NCBI RefSeq assembly: GCF_004010195.1 | Contig: NW_025213390.1 | Coordinates: 1 to 32,717 of the forward strand | Length of the DNA: 32,717 bases | Direction of reading: 5' to 3' | Source of the DNA: Chiloscyllium plagiosum | Taxonomy: Eukaryota | Shown: positions 1-10,955 of the stretch, one piece after another | Numbering within the stretch: the first letter of the stretch is position 1 | Layout of the letters: each line of letters starts with the position of its first letter | Notes under the pieces: generated by a model | The model's database searches: none | What the model was told of the DNA's origin: nothing | The model's input: only the letters and a program-made list of their open reading frames with translations | Made by a program: the position numbers and the translations under genes

Positions 1-1232
1 AATAGTCACATGCCTCAACTTTAGCTTGAAGTATTGAGTTCAAAGCCCTATCCACAAATCTAATTTTGTGATTTGCCATCCAGCACAGTTCAAGTGAAAT
101 ACCTCACTTTCCAAATTCCTGAGCTATGTACTCTTAGAAGCTATACTCGAAAAAGTAGATTTTGTTTAAACCTGTGCACTGCTATATTTATAGTAACAAC
201 AATTTCAAAGACCAGAATCAGCTCTGCTGATGAGATAACCAGATCTAAACAGTTTTAACTGTGCAGTCGTCACTAGCAAGCACTGTGATAGAAACCACAC
301 CATTTTAGACTATAATCACTGGACAATACAGAACTTGAATGTGCAGAAAAAAAGGTGCTATCAAAGCCTTTCATCTTGCACTCTTCATGATAAGCACAAG
401 AACACACAATTTCAATCTGTCACAACAATTATTACAACATGAGAAAAAAAAGTATTGCTTGGTTTGAAGTCCATTCAGGTATTGCCATGCAGAAACCAAC
501 AAAGAACTGCAGGCTCCCCAAACTCTTAGGTAATTAAAAGAAAACACAACAAAGGTTTGAACTTTTCATTTGCAGAGAACACATGTTTGTCACACTCAGC
601 AAGTATATGCATCTATTTGTACACTCAGGACTGTTCAATTGCAGAATAGCATCTGAAGTATTGTTTTAGTGATATGACTCTCTTTTCAGCAGATTTGCAC
701 TTGAGATTAAAGTACAAGACTAGATTAGATTTTAGTAAGGCACCAACCCTTGAAACACCCCGAATTCTCAGCCAAATGCCTGCGTGAAATACTCTGTGGA
801 AACCTACGATGTCCAAGTGCATGTACTCAACGCTACTTGCTGCGTGGTCTCACAGCTCAGTATTGCAGCAATTTCTTCAGTCATTGATAGCTCAGCATCC
901 CTGAGAGTATTGGATCCTGGATCTCCTCAACACTAGCTTTGAACTTCTCTCCAGCCCACGTTCAAAACTCACCTGTAAAAGTTTCCCTCAACTCGCATTA
1001 ATATCGCCTTTTGATACTTGCTCCTGGATTTTATGACACTTATAAATGCGGTCTTTAAAACATGACCTTCGGGATGCGCTGTGTACGCCACCAAGTTTTA
1101 GAGACCAATGTTCAAAGTAGCACATAGTTCACAAATATCCCAATAAGAGTTAGAGGACTGTGTTCTGAGTAGTTAACCTAAAGTTAATAACTACAACTCG
1201 AAACTACTCAGGGTCAATTACCCACAAATAAC

Positions 1233-1233
1233 C

Positions 1234-1275
<42 letters not shown>

Positions 1276-1276
1276 C
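1233..1276. repeat. (CA)n/(TA)n microsatellite
   Basis: cacacacacatatatatatatata... run. Confidence 0.9.
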
Positions 1277-1369
1277 TGTGCGGGACCTTCCCTGACTGCG
1301 CTTCTTCCCCTGGCTCGAACTTCATTGCCGACAAAGTACCGCTAAAGGAAGAGGCAGGGGGACACTCAC

Positions 1370-1453
1370 ATTATCCGCTTGCTCCCACACACCCGCTTCC
1401 TGGCTCAGGGCCCGCTTTTGCAGCGCGACCGTGTAATCCATAGACAGAGACAT
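1370..1453 (-). CDS. Candidate first coding exon of a divergent gene, (MSLS)MDYTVALQKRALSQEAGVWEQADN; possibly the C10orf143 orthologue
   Basis: In-frame ATGs at 1453 and 1441 in a CpG-rich patch, ending at a phase-0 donor AAT|GTGAGT (GT at 1369-1368). The identity is inferred only from recalled human synteny (C10orf143 head-to-head with GLRX3) and a similar short basic N-terminal peptide. Confidence 0.45.
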
Positions 1454-1556
1454 AACCCAACCAGGGACAGCAGCTCTCTCCCCAGAAGGCGAGGACACAC
1501 ACTCCACGACGGGATCGATTCTGTTCGGCTTCTCGGCTCCACTCGGGCACCGGGCT

Positions 1557-1856
1557 TCCGGTCTGCGCCGCGCTCGGCTCCGGGTCTGCGCCGCGTTCGG
1601 CTCCTCTCGGCTCCGGGTCTGCGCAGCGCTCGGCTCCTCTTGACTTCAGGACTGCGCCGCGCTCGGCTCCTCTTGACTTCGGGACTGCGCCGCGCTCGGC
1701 TCCTCTCGGCTCCGGGTCTGCGCCGCGTTCGGCTCCTCTCGGCTGCTCCGGGTCTGCGCCGCGTTCGGCTCCTCTCGGCTCCGGGACTGCGCCGCGCTCG
1801 GCTCCTGTCGGCTCCTGGTCTGCGCCGCGCTCGGCTCCGGCTCCTCTCGTGCTCTC
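1557..1856. repeat. GC-rich 33-bp minisatellite, about 8-9 copies (consensus CTCCGGGTCTGCGCCGCG[C/T]TCGGCTCCTCTCGG)
   Basis: Visible tandem units, reflected as 11-aa repeats in three overlapping ORFs. Confidence 0.95.
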
Positions 1857-4500
1857 GGCCCCGCTCGTCCCATGTGCAAATTCAAACCCGGAATGGCGGT
1901 TGGTGTGGGATGGTGGTGGTCTGCAAGTTTTAAAACCAAATCTATAAGTTGTATTCGAATACATAATCGGAATAATTGAAATTTACAGCAATAAATACTG
2001 TGAATTGTACTTTTCTGCTCTTCACACACCATGTCTCCAACACTCCCAAAACCTCTCCGTACAAACTAAACAATTAGTGGATCTGTGTGTGGAGTTAGGG
2101 TTGGTGGACGTCTGGAGGCGTCTCCACCCTACAGGCAGAGATTTTATGTTATTTTCCAATCCACACAGATGTCACACGAGGATTGGTTTTTTTCTGACCT
2201 CAGTGGGAACCCTGGACTTGGTAAGCATCTTGTATGACTGATAATATTACCATCTCTGATCATGCTCCAATGTACCTGTTGGTTAAGATTAAGGATGCGA
2301 TAGTGAGCTGGAGGCACTGGCGAATGGATCCCATTATCCTTAAGGGTAATAAGTTTGTGGAGTACTTCTCTATGGAACTTAGGGCATTCCTATACATTAT
2401 TTCAGGCTCGGTTAGTAGCCTGTCCAACAGTTGGGAAACTGCCAAAGCCTATGCTAAGGGCTTAGTTATTTCGTATTCTGCCAGTAGGAAATGGCAGAAG
2501 GGTGAGCAGCAATGTCTCCTTAAAGCACGGTTGAAAGCAGCTGAGAAGATTTACTTTGACAGGCCCTCGTTGGCCAAGGTATAGGATTACAGCGCTATGG
2601 TCTGCATTGAATTCCGTGCTCTCATAGACAGCAAAGAAGGAGCTTACTTTCGCAAAACAAAGGTTATATGAGCATGGTGACAAATTGGGCAAGTATTTAG
2701 TGTATCTCGCCAGGAAAAGGAGTGCCCCTCAATCCATTACATCGTCTAGGGAAAGGTCTGGGAACCTAGCATGTAATTCCAAAAAGATTAATGTGGCATT
2801 CCAGAGATTTTACTCTGAATTATAGCAATCTGAAGGTTGTGAGGACGGGCAGGCCAAGATGGAATCCTTTTTCAAAGATCTGGAGCTCCTAGGTGTGACC
2901 CCCGAAAAAGAGTCTTTTCTCAATGCCCCTTTATCAGAGCAAGAGGGTGCAGGAGGCTGTGAAACAGTTTCAGAGTGGAAAGGCATTCAGTCCTGACGGA
3001 CCTTCCAGCAATTCTATCAGGAATTTATAAGAATATTGTTAGGCCCGATGCTCAACATGTTCAATGACTCGTACAGTCACAATCATCTCCCACCATCTCA
3101 GAGAGGCCAATATTTTGCTTATTCTTAAAAAAGGTAAGGTCCCGGAGCAGTGTGCTTCTTACAGGCCCACTTCACTTATAAAAATTGACTTTAAAATCCT
3201 TTCTAAGACTCTTGCGTTAAGGCTGGAAATGATGTTACCTTCTATTCTTAAAGAGCACCAGATGGGCTTCATAAAGGTACGCAGATCCTCCAATCTAGGA
3301 GGGTGCTTGATGTAATTCAAGCGTGTCAACAACAGTCATACAGGGATTGGTGCTTTCTCTAGATGCAGAGGAGGTATTTGACCGAGTTGAGTACCTTTTT
3401 TATATTCTCGAGCAGTTTGGCTTGGGCGAAGCTTTTATAAGATGGGTAAGGGTTCTCTACAGTGACCCTCTCGCTGCGGTCATCATCAATGAGGTACGAT
3501 CAAGCAATTTTAGCATTATTAGGGGCAGCCAGCAGGCCTGACCCCTTTCACCGTTGCATTTTACATTGGTAATTGAACCGTTGGCAGAGATCATTCGTAG
3601 GGATCCCAATCTATCGGCTCCAGAACTGGGGTCAAAATTACATAAGATTTCATTGTATGCATATGAGGTGCTTTTTTTTGTCAAATCCAGCAGTTTCAGT
3701 GCCTCGCCTGATATAATGCGTTAGATCGTTTGGCACCTTTTTTGGGGTACAAGATTAATTTTGCAAAATCAGAGGCTATGCCTATAAGTGGTCTTATGAA
3801 TGTGCTCGGTCTTGAGGGCGAATCTCGATTCCCATTTAAGTGGTCACGGTGCGGGGGGAGGCTTATGTATTTGGGCATATTCATCACTCCAGTTCTTGAT
3901 CGATTGCTTAAAGCTAATTTTGTTCAATTATTCGACAAAATCAAACAAGACATTCAAAGATGAGAGGCAATTCTGGTCTCATGGTGAGGTCGGACAGCTC
4001 TTAAGATGAATATTCTCCCCGTTTGTTGTACCCTATACAGATGCTCCCCCTAATTTGTATTAAGCAAACGTTCAGGAAACTGAAAGGCTGGTTCAACTCT
4101 TCTATTTAGCATCGTAAGTGGCCCCTTATTGAATTAGTTAAACCGCAATTGCCTCACAGACTGGGGGGAGTGGATCTCCCAGACATCAACTTTTAGCTTA
4201 TGTGAGTGATTGGGCTTTAGGGGATCCTTTTTCAATATTGTTAGATATCGAAACCTCTCAGGCAAAGTGCCCCCTTTCTAGTTTGCTGTTTTTGGACAAA
4301 ATGAGGACAGTTAAGGAATACTGCCATAACCCAATCGTTATCAGTACTGTTAAAGCATGGAAGGCAATTCGGCTGAGGGAAGGCAGTATTCACAAAACAT
4401 CTGTTCTTACACCTGTAGTGGATATGCCAGGTTTTCAAACGGGATGATGGATTGAGGATTCAAACATTGGGTGGCTAAGGTTGTGTCTTGCATGGGTGAT

Positions 4501-5303
4501 TATGGAAGTTACTCTGGCAGTTATGTAATTAACTTAGTGTTGTAATGCATGCTTGGATCATACTACAGGGCTCCAGTAACAGATAAAGGTAGTGCAGTGT
4601 GATAGGTTAGCTGAATCACTGGTAGCTGAGCTAATGCTGAAGATGATGGTGTTTAGATTAGATTCCCTACAGTGTGGAAACTGGCCCTTTGGCCCAACAA
4701 GTCCACACCCACCCTCCGAAGATTAACTCACCCAGCCCCATTTCCCTCTAACTAATGCACCTAACACTATGGGCAATTTAGAATGGCCAATTCACCTGAC
4801 CTGCACATCTTTGGACTCTGGGAGGAAACTGGAGCACCCAGAGGAAACCCACGCAGACACAGGGAGAATGGCTGGAATCGAACCTGGGTCCCTGGTGCTG
4901 TGAGGCAGCAGTGCTAACCACTGAGTCACCGTGCCACCCCCAAGAACACTAGCCTAGGATTATGGTTTGCTCGTCCAGTAACATTACCACTACACCATCA
5001 TCTCCCTTTTGTTTGTAATGTGATAGGTTAAGTGTGATGGAGGGAACCAGTGTGGCAGAGGATGATTAGTTTAGAAAGATAAAGCAAGCCACCATGACTG
5101 GTTATGCTAATATTATCCGATAAATGCATAAAGAATAACTGTATAAGTTGCAGGAGAACAGAGGACCTGTGGGGAGTCAGGGAAAGGCATTTTGCTAGCT
5201 CTCACGGCTTTGATTTTGCAAGATTAAAGTTTAATTTTATGAAGGATTTTCTGCATCTCTTGTTAGTTTTTTTTATAGAACATGGAGTGATTCTTCTACA
5301 ACA
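4501..5303. mobile_element. Insertion in the L1, probably a solo LTR that itself contains SINEs
   Basis: Splits the L1 codons MGD|LFEG. Flanked by TGAT(T) direct repeats (4497-4501, 5304-5308) and ends in ...CTACAACA. The 5' terminus is not a clean TG. Confidence 0.55.
4652..4940 (-). mobile_element. tRNA-derived SINE, HE1/V-SINE type
   Basis: Minus strand begins GGGGTGGCACGGTGACTCAGTGGTTAGCACTGCTGCCTCACAGCACCAGGGACCCAGGTTCGATTCC (Pol III A/B boxes), has the core GTGCAGGTCAGGTGAATTGGCCAT.CTAAATTGCCC, and ends in the tail CACACTGTAGGGAATCTAATCT. Confidence 0.88.
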
Positions 5304-6328
5304 TGATTTATTTGAGGGAGACATAATGATGTCTTTTGACCAGTTAGCGCAGAAATACAAGCTATCTAGCAGGGACCTCTTTTGTTTTTTTTCAAATGAG
5401 GGATTTTATCCAAAAAAAGACTATGCTTTTGACTGATCTCTACAAATCCGTCATAGAGAGGAGGGTGCTCAGTGCTAAGAGTACACTTTCTGCCAGCACC
5501 TTACATTATCAATTGGGGGGTGGCCTGTCAGATGAGTTAGATTGTCTTTTCAGGGAGTAGGAGAGAGATCCAGGCATTGAGGTCTCAGAGGCATGTGAAG
5601 ATATTTGGGAAAATGCAAGAAAGATATCAATTTGCAATAGGACCCACGCTTTACAGTTGAATATTCTCCACAGGGTCCACTTAGCTCTGGATCGTTTGTC
5701 AAAACTTAAACCAGAGGTATCTTCGACAAGCCCAAGTGTAAAGTTGGAACAAGCATTCTTACCCATTGTCCCTGGTCCTGTGGTAAGCTTCAAACATACT
5801 GGAGCACTGTGGCAGGTGCAATGGAGGGGATTTTGGGTGTAAGGGTGGAGGAGGACTCGATCTTTCTTCTTTTTGGCCTGACCAGTGTATTCCCTACAAA
5901 TACACACAAGAAAAAACTTTTTAACACCCTCACTTTCTGTGAAAGAAAGAACACCTTGTTTGGTTGGGAGTCCCTAAAATCCTCTGCGCCTGTCGGGTTG
6001 GTGTACAATTGTTATGGAGCATATCCCCTTGGATTTTCTTATAAGTATGGTACACCACAAAACTGATAATCTCTAGAAGACATGGCAGCCCTTTTTGGTC
6101 TATCGGGACACAGATTTGTCTGTCACACTAATAAGGGCTTTTATATAGCCATAACGATTGTGCTTTACGAGTCCAATATCCAGGCGGGGGGGGGCAGTGA
6201 ATGTATGAATATGTGAAAAGTAATGCTCTCGATATTTGAGAGTTAGTGTTTTGCTTTTGCTGAGCTGTGTTTTTTTTATTAGTTTGTTAGTTATTATTTA
6301 TTTAGTTAAGTAGTAAGTTGGGTTTTTT

Positions 6329-6492
6329 AAAACATTTCAGTTACATCACACTGCAAATGTTTGCTATAAATTCTGTGCCTTACAATTGTATCCTCCAAAA
6401 TCACCTGATGAAGGAGCGGCGCTCCGAAAGTTAGTGTGCTTCCAATTAAACCTGTTTGGACTATAACCTGGTGTTGTGTGATTTTTAACTTT
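6329..6492 (+). mobile_element. Penelope-like element terminal fragment carrying a hammerhead motif
   Basis: Same family as 12345-12506 (shared CTTCCAA.TAAACCTGTT.GGACTATAACCTGGTGTTGTGTGATTTTTAACTTT). Contains CTGATGA-hairpin-GAAA. Confidence 0.7.
6402..6436 (+). ncRNA. Minimal type I hammerhead ribozyme motif (PLE type)
   Basis: CAC-CTGATGA-A-GGAGC(ggc)GCTCC-GAAA-GTTA-GTG. Stem I is CAC/GTG, stem II has 5 bp, stem III is vestigial, and the predicted cleavage triplet is UUA. Confidence 0.65.
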
Positions 6493-6646
6493 ATTTTTAT
6501 ATATTTATACATTTGTACATGAGGGCAGTTTGAGTTTTAAAATTATTTTTTGGTGTTCTTTCTTTATATTGTTTTGAATTATATTGTTTTGTATTTGTTG
6601 TAATATTAAAAAAATCTATTTTTCAATAAAAATATATTTTTAAAAA

Positions 6647-7281
6647 TGCAGTTGGAATTTTATCCTTCATTACTAAGGGGATTGAGTTTAAAAGCAGGGA
6701 GATTATGTTGCAGCTGTACAGGGTGCTGGTGAGGCCACACCTGGAGTACTGCATGCAGTTTTGGTCTTCTTACTTGAGAAAAGATGTACTGTCACCAGAG
6801 GGAGGTTCCCTAGGTTGATTCCAGAGATGAGGCGTTAGGTTATGGGAAGAGACTGAGTAGACTGGGATTATATTCATTGGAATTTAGAAGAATGAGGGGG
6901 GGATCTTACGGAAACATATAAAATTATGAAGGGAATAGATAACATAGAAGTAGAGAGGATTTTTCCACTGCCGGGTGAAACTAGGACAGGAAGGCATAGC
7001 CTCAAAATGAGAGGTAGAAGATTTAGAACTGAGTTGAGATGGAACTTCTTCACCCAGAGGATTGCGAATCTGTGGCGTTCCATGCCCAGTGACGTAATTG
7101 AGGCTGCTTCATTGAATGTTTTTAAAGCTAAGTTAATTTTTTTGAACAGGAACTGAATTAAGGATAATGGTGAGAGGGCGGATAAGTGGAGCTAAGGCCA
7201 TGAAAAGATCAGCTATGATCTTACTGAATGGTGAAGCAGGCTCGATGGGCCAAATGGCCTACCCCTGCTCTTATTTCTTAT
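6647..7281 (+). mobile_element. CR1-clade LINE 3' fragment
   Basis: LYRVLVRPHLEYCMQFW and GETRTGRHSLKMRGRRFRTELRWNFFTQR; CR1-type 3' UTR ending GGCCAAATGGCCTACCCCTGCTCTTATTTCTTAT. Confidence 0.9.
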
Positions 7282-7986
7282 TGTTATGAAGGTATAGGTA
7301 TGTACAGAGAGAGGAAGCTGGCAAGGACTTAGAGAAGCACATGGTGTGCTGTAAGATTTAAAAATGTAACATTTGATTGACACAAATAGCTGGTGCTGTG
7401 TTGCCATGGAAAAAAACAAATTCAAATTCAGCCAATCAGTTTAAATTATGCCCCAGATACCAAAATCCAATCGAATTTGAATTTTACTATTTGGATTGAC
7501 ATCAAACCAATGAAATTATCTGATATTTGGAGTATAAAATCAGACATTTTGAACAGTTAGGGGGAAAACAGCAAAGAGGGCCAACAACAGTCTGCTCGCC
7601 GAATAGGTTTCTGAAAGGTACCAGTCTAAAAGAAATCTGTGCAGCAGAACACCAAAGTCAACCAAAAGGAATCTACAGAGAAAGTTCGACATCTGAAGAC
7701 TACACCTGGGTTTGAAATTGATTTTGTTGTAAATTTAAGAGGGAATTTATCAGACCAGTATTGTAGGGTTGGAGGTAAAATATAGGTTAAAGAGAAAGGA
7801 ATTGTATATAGCTGTTGTTTTAATGTTCTCTGCTGGACTTAAAGAATAAAATTGTTAATTTTTACATTAAATAATGACCTCTGGGATAGTCCTTTGCCTC
7901 TCAAAATTTAACAGATTATGGTGCGAGGTGAGCTTCTCTGTGTGTCAGGTTTAAATTGGCAGAGGGGTTTACACCGTGTCGTAACA
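7282..7986 (+). mobile_element. Complete Gypsy LTR (705 bp) with 4-bp TSD TTAT
   Basis: TGTTATGA...TCGTAACA imperfect inverted termini, with TTAT at 7278-7281 and 7987-7990. Contains CCAAT boxes, TATAAA (~7533) and AATAAA (~7845). Its 3' half is repeated at 10672-10955. Confidence 0.85.
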
Positions 7987-8006
7987 TTATGGATGACAAT
8001 ATCCAG

Positions 8007-10671
8007 AGAGAGAAGGCTGTTAGCTGAGCAAAAAGAGAGAAAATTTGAACTTGAGAAGTTGTGACTTAGTCAGCAAAATCAAGTTTACAGGATGGGGATT
8101 AAAAGAGAAGGTAGTGATATATAGAAATATGTCAAAACTCTGCCACAATTTGATGAGAAAGTTGTCGAAGCCTTCTTTATTTCATTTGAAAAATTGGCTA
8201 GGCAGATGGAGTGGTCCGAAGATTTATGGATAATGCTAGTTCAGACTAAACTGGTAGGTAGAGCTGGTGAGGTATTTGCCGCTCTGTCAGATGAGGGATC
8301 GAGAGATTATGAAGAGGTCAAACAGGCTATTTTAAGTGCTTATGAATTGGTACCAGAACATATAGACAACGGCTCAGAAGCATAAAGAAAGAACCAGGTC
8401 AGACTTATGATGAGTTCAAAAGAATTAAACATAGTCATTTTGATATATGGGTGCAGGCCTTAAAGATGGATAAGACCATTGAGGCTCTAAGAGAGATTAT
8501 TCTGCTGGAGGAGGTTAAAAACTCACTTCCAGAGGTGATAAGAATTCACACAGAGGAACAGAAAATTCAGAAAGTGAGAAGGGTAGCAGAGTTAGCAGAT
8601 GAGTACATGTTGGTGCATAAGACCAAGCTTCCGGCCAGAATTTCATCCTGTGAGAGATAGAAGTTGGGAGAAGGGAAGTTCCTACAATATGAAACAAAGG
8701 CTGGAGAATACTAGTAAGAGTTTACCATAGGTTAAAGAACCCCAAGAGGGTGGATAGGAGGTGAAAGGCCTCAGGTGTTTTCACTGTAATGGAGTGGGAT
8801 ACAGAAAATTACAGTGCCGGTGGTTTCAGAAGGGCTCTGGAAAAGGTGTTTTCACTGCCAGAAGGTGGGACACGTAACGACACAGTGCTGGTCGTTAAAG
8901 AAAGGCACTGTGGGAAAAAATCTGGAAAAGAAGCTAAGCGAGTGGCATTAGTGAAAGTGGTAAAGGAGACCCCAAGAAAAGCCAAGGAGCTGCAGGAGAG
9001 TGCACAGCATAGGCAAGGGCTGGGTTTGGAGTGAGTGCCGGATCTCTACAAAGAATTCACCTCTGTAGGGAAAGTTTACTCAGAAAGAATGGGGGTGAAG
9101 GGCAAGAAGTTATAATTTTGAGAGATACAGAATCTAACCCAGTCTCTAATAATAAGAGATAAGCGAATTTGCATTCTTTCTGATGTTACCTGAGAGTCTG
9201 GTAATTTGTGGGATAGATGAACAGAAATTTAGAATTCCCCTATGTAAGATCAGGTTGGAGTGTCAACTCAAGACTGGGGAAGTAACAGCGGGAGTGTCAG
9301 TTCCAGGAATCCAGTTTGTTCTTGGGAATGATTTAGCAGGTCCAAGGTGGGAGTGACACCCGTTGTTGGGAACTGAGGATTAAAAGAAAAATATCCTGGT
9401 ATTTTCCCAGACTGTGTAGTAATAAGGTCCCACTATCATGTCACAGCACGAAGCAAAAACTAAAAAGGTGAAGAAGTTGAGGTTCAGTTGGCGGACACCC
9501 TTTTTGATATTATGATGCAGGAACAATCTGAACAGGCAGAGAGTCAGAAAGAAGTGTTTCGTCCTGAAAGACTAAGGGACTTGCAATAGCAAGACAAAAC
9601 GATAAAAGATATATATGTGGATGTGTACTCTGAAAAGGTAGCAGGGAGTATTCTTGAGGGTTATTATCTGAAAGATAGAATCCTAAGATGGAAGTGGAGA
9701 ACGCAGCAGGTTAGTGCAGCAGAGAAATGGGCTGAAGTGCACCAGATTGTGTTGCCAGTAGCATACAGACAGGAGGTGTTACAGGTAGCCCATGAACTAC
9801 CTGTAGGAGGTCACCTAGGGGTACAAAAGACTCAGGCTAGAGTACAAAAACATTTTTATTGGCTTGGAATGCACAAGGATGTGGTTAACTTTTGCCGTAT
9901 GTGTCATATATGCCAAATGGTAGGTAAGCCACAGGCAGTAATAAAATCAGCACCTTTGTTGCCAATTCCTGCATTTGAAGAACCTTTCACATGGGTTATA
10001 AATGAGTGTGTAGGTCCCCTTCAGATAACTAGAAGAGAAAAAGAACTGGAGAAACAATTGTCAGTTACTGTCCCGCAGAGTGAGGAATCAAATCCAGATG
10101 TTGTAGATCTTGATATGCCTCAAAATATGTTAAAAAATGAAGAACTCCTTGAGGAGTGGGATAGGTTAGTGAACTATCTATTTGAGGAGCAAAGAATGCA
10201 GTTGAAAGATTTGTTATGAGGACATATGCAGGAATCAGATGGGGAGGATGAATGTATTGTACATGAAGTAGATGTAGGGAATGCTGTTCTGATAAAACAA
10301 CACCCCTATTGGCTTAATCCTTTCAAAGCCAGACTGAGGAGATGGAGGCCACATTCATCACTGAACCGAGCCAGAGCTAGTGGAGTTTGCCAATCGTCTT
10401 AGTTCCCAAACTGGACGGAAGTCAACAATTTTGTGTGCATTATCGGAAGGTCAATGCCATTACAAAATCGGATTCATATCCAATACCAAGATCGGAGGAC
10501 TGTATCGAAGTTGAATAAGCCAGTTCATCACCAAATTGGATTTACTGCGTGGTTACTGGCAGGTACCTTTATCAGACACTGCGAAAGAAATTTCTGCGTT
10601 TGTAACCCCAAATGGGCTATATCAATTCAAAGTGATGCCCTTTGGAATGAGGAATGCACCCGCCACATTCA
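8007..10671 (+). mobile_element. Decayed Gmr1-like Gypsy internal region: gag (capsid, two Zn knuckles), protease, integrase N-terminus, partial RT
   Basis: FEKLARQMEW...L.GRAGE...DYEEVKQAILSAYELVPE; CFHC knuckles at ~8776 and ~8847; ILRDT protease motif ~9112-9130; integrase H2C2 AHELPVGGHLG...FYW.GM.KDV..FCR.CHICQ; then RT motifs PIVLVPK.DG and DLLRGYWQVPL...FKVMPFGMRNAPATF. Confidence 0.9.
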
Positions 10672-10955
10672 AAGACTATGCCTGGTATGAAATTGACTTT
10701 GCCGTAAATTTAGAATATATCAGACCAGTATTGTAGAGTGGGAAGTAAAAGATAGTTTTAAGAGTAAGGAGTTGTAAATAGCTGTTGTTTTACTGTTCTC
10801 TGTTGGACTGAAAGAATAAAATTGTTAATTTTTACTTTAAATAGTGACCTCTGGGATAGTCCTTTGCCTCTTGAAATTTAACAGATTATGTTGCGAGGTG
10901 AGCTTCTCTATGTGTCAGGTTTAAATTAGCAAGGGGTTTACACTGTGTCGTAACA
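10672..10955 (+). mobile_element. Partial second LTR (3' half) of the Gypsy element
   Basis: Collinear direct repeat of ~7697-7986, ending GTGTCGTAACA. Confidence 0.88.

Larger units (their letters stand above)
1278..1920. promoter_or_regulatory. CpG-rich island, candidate promoter of the minus-strand gene
   Basis: High GC and CpG density, including non-repetitive parts at 1280-1550. Confidence 0.5.
2050..6646 (+). mobile_element. 5'-truncated, decayed L1-clade LINE (ORF2: endonuclease end, RT, C-terminal Cys-rich region, 3' UTR), interrupted at ~4501-5303 and ~6329-6492
   Basis: Motifs LVDVWRRLHPTGRDF..S.PH..HTRI, YRPTSLIKIDFKILSK, LSLDAEEVFDRVE, RGSQQA.PLSP, decayed YADD (LYAYE, ~3652-3666), GYKINFAKSE, YLGI, NILHRVHL and THC.WSC. 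Many stops and frameshifts; AATAAA at 6625-6630 followed by an A-rich end. Confidence 0.92.

Noticed and set aside
967..1180. Minus-strand perfect donor CAG|GTGAGT at 973/972 as exon 2 of the candidate gene
   Set aside because: The best upstream acceptor gives an in-frame stop, and no recognisable peptide results. It could only be a non-coding or cryptic exon.
1557..1856. CRISPR-like repeat array
   Set aside because: Units are head-to-tail with no unique spacers, there are no cas genes, and the context is vertebrate.
1371..2032. Overlapping ORFs of 197, 184 and 128 aa
   Set aside because: They are artefacts of the stop-free GC-rich 33-bp minisatellite, and no protein is recognisable.
9617..10219. 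200-aa ORF as a domesticated gene
   Set aside because: It is a fragment of a decayed Gypsy pol spanning an internal deletion, with stops and frameshifts on both sides.
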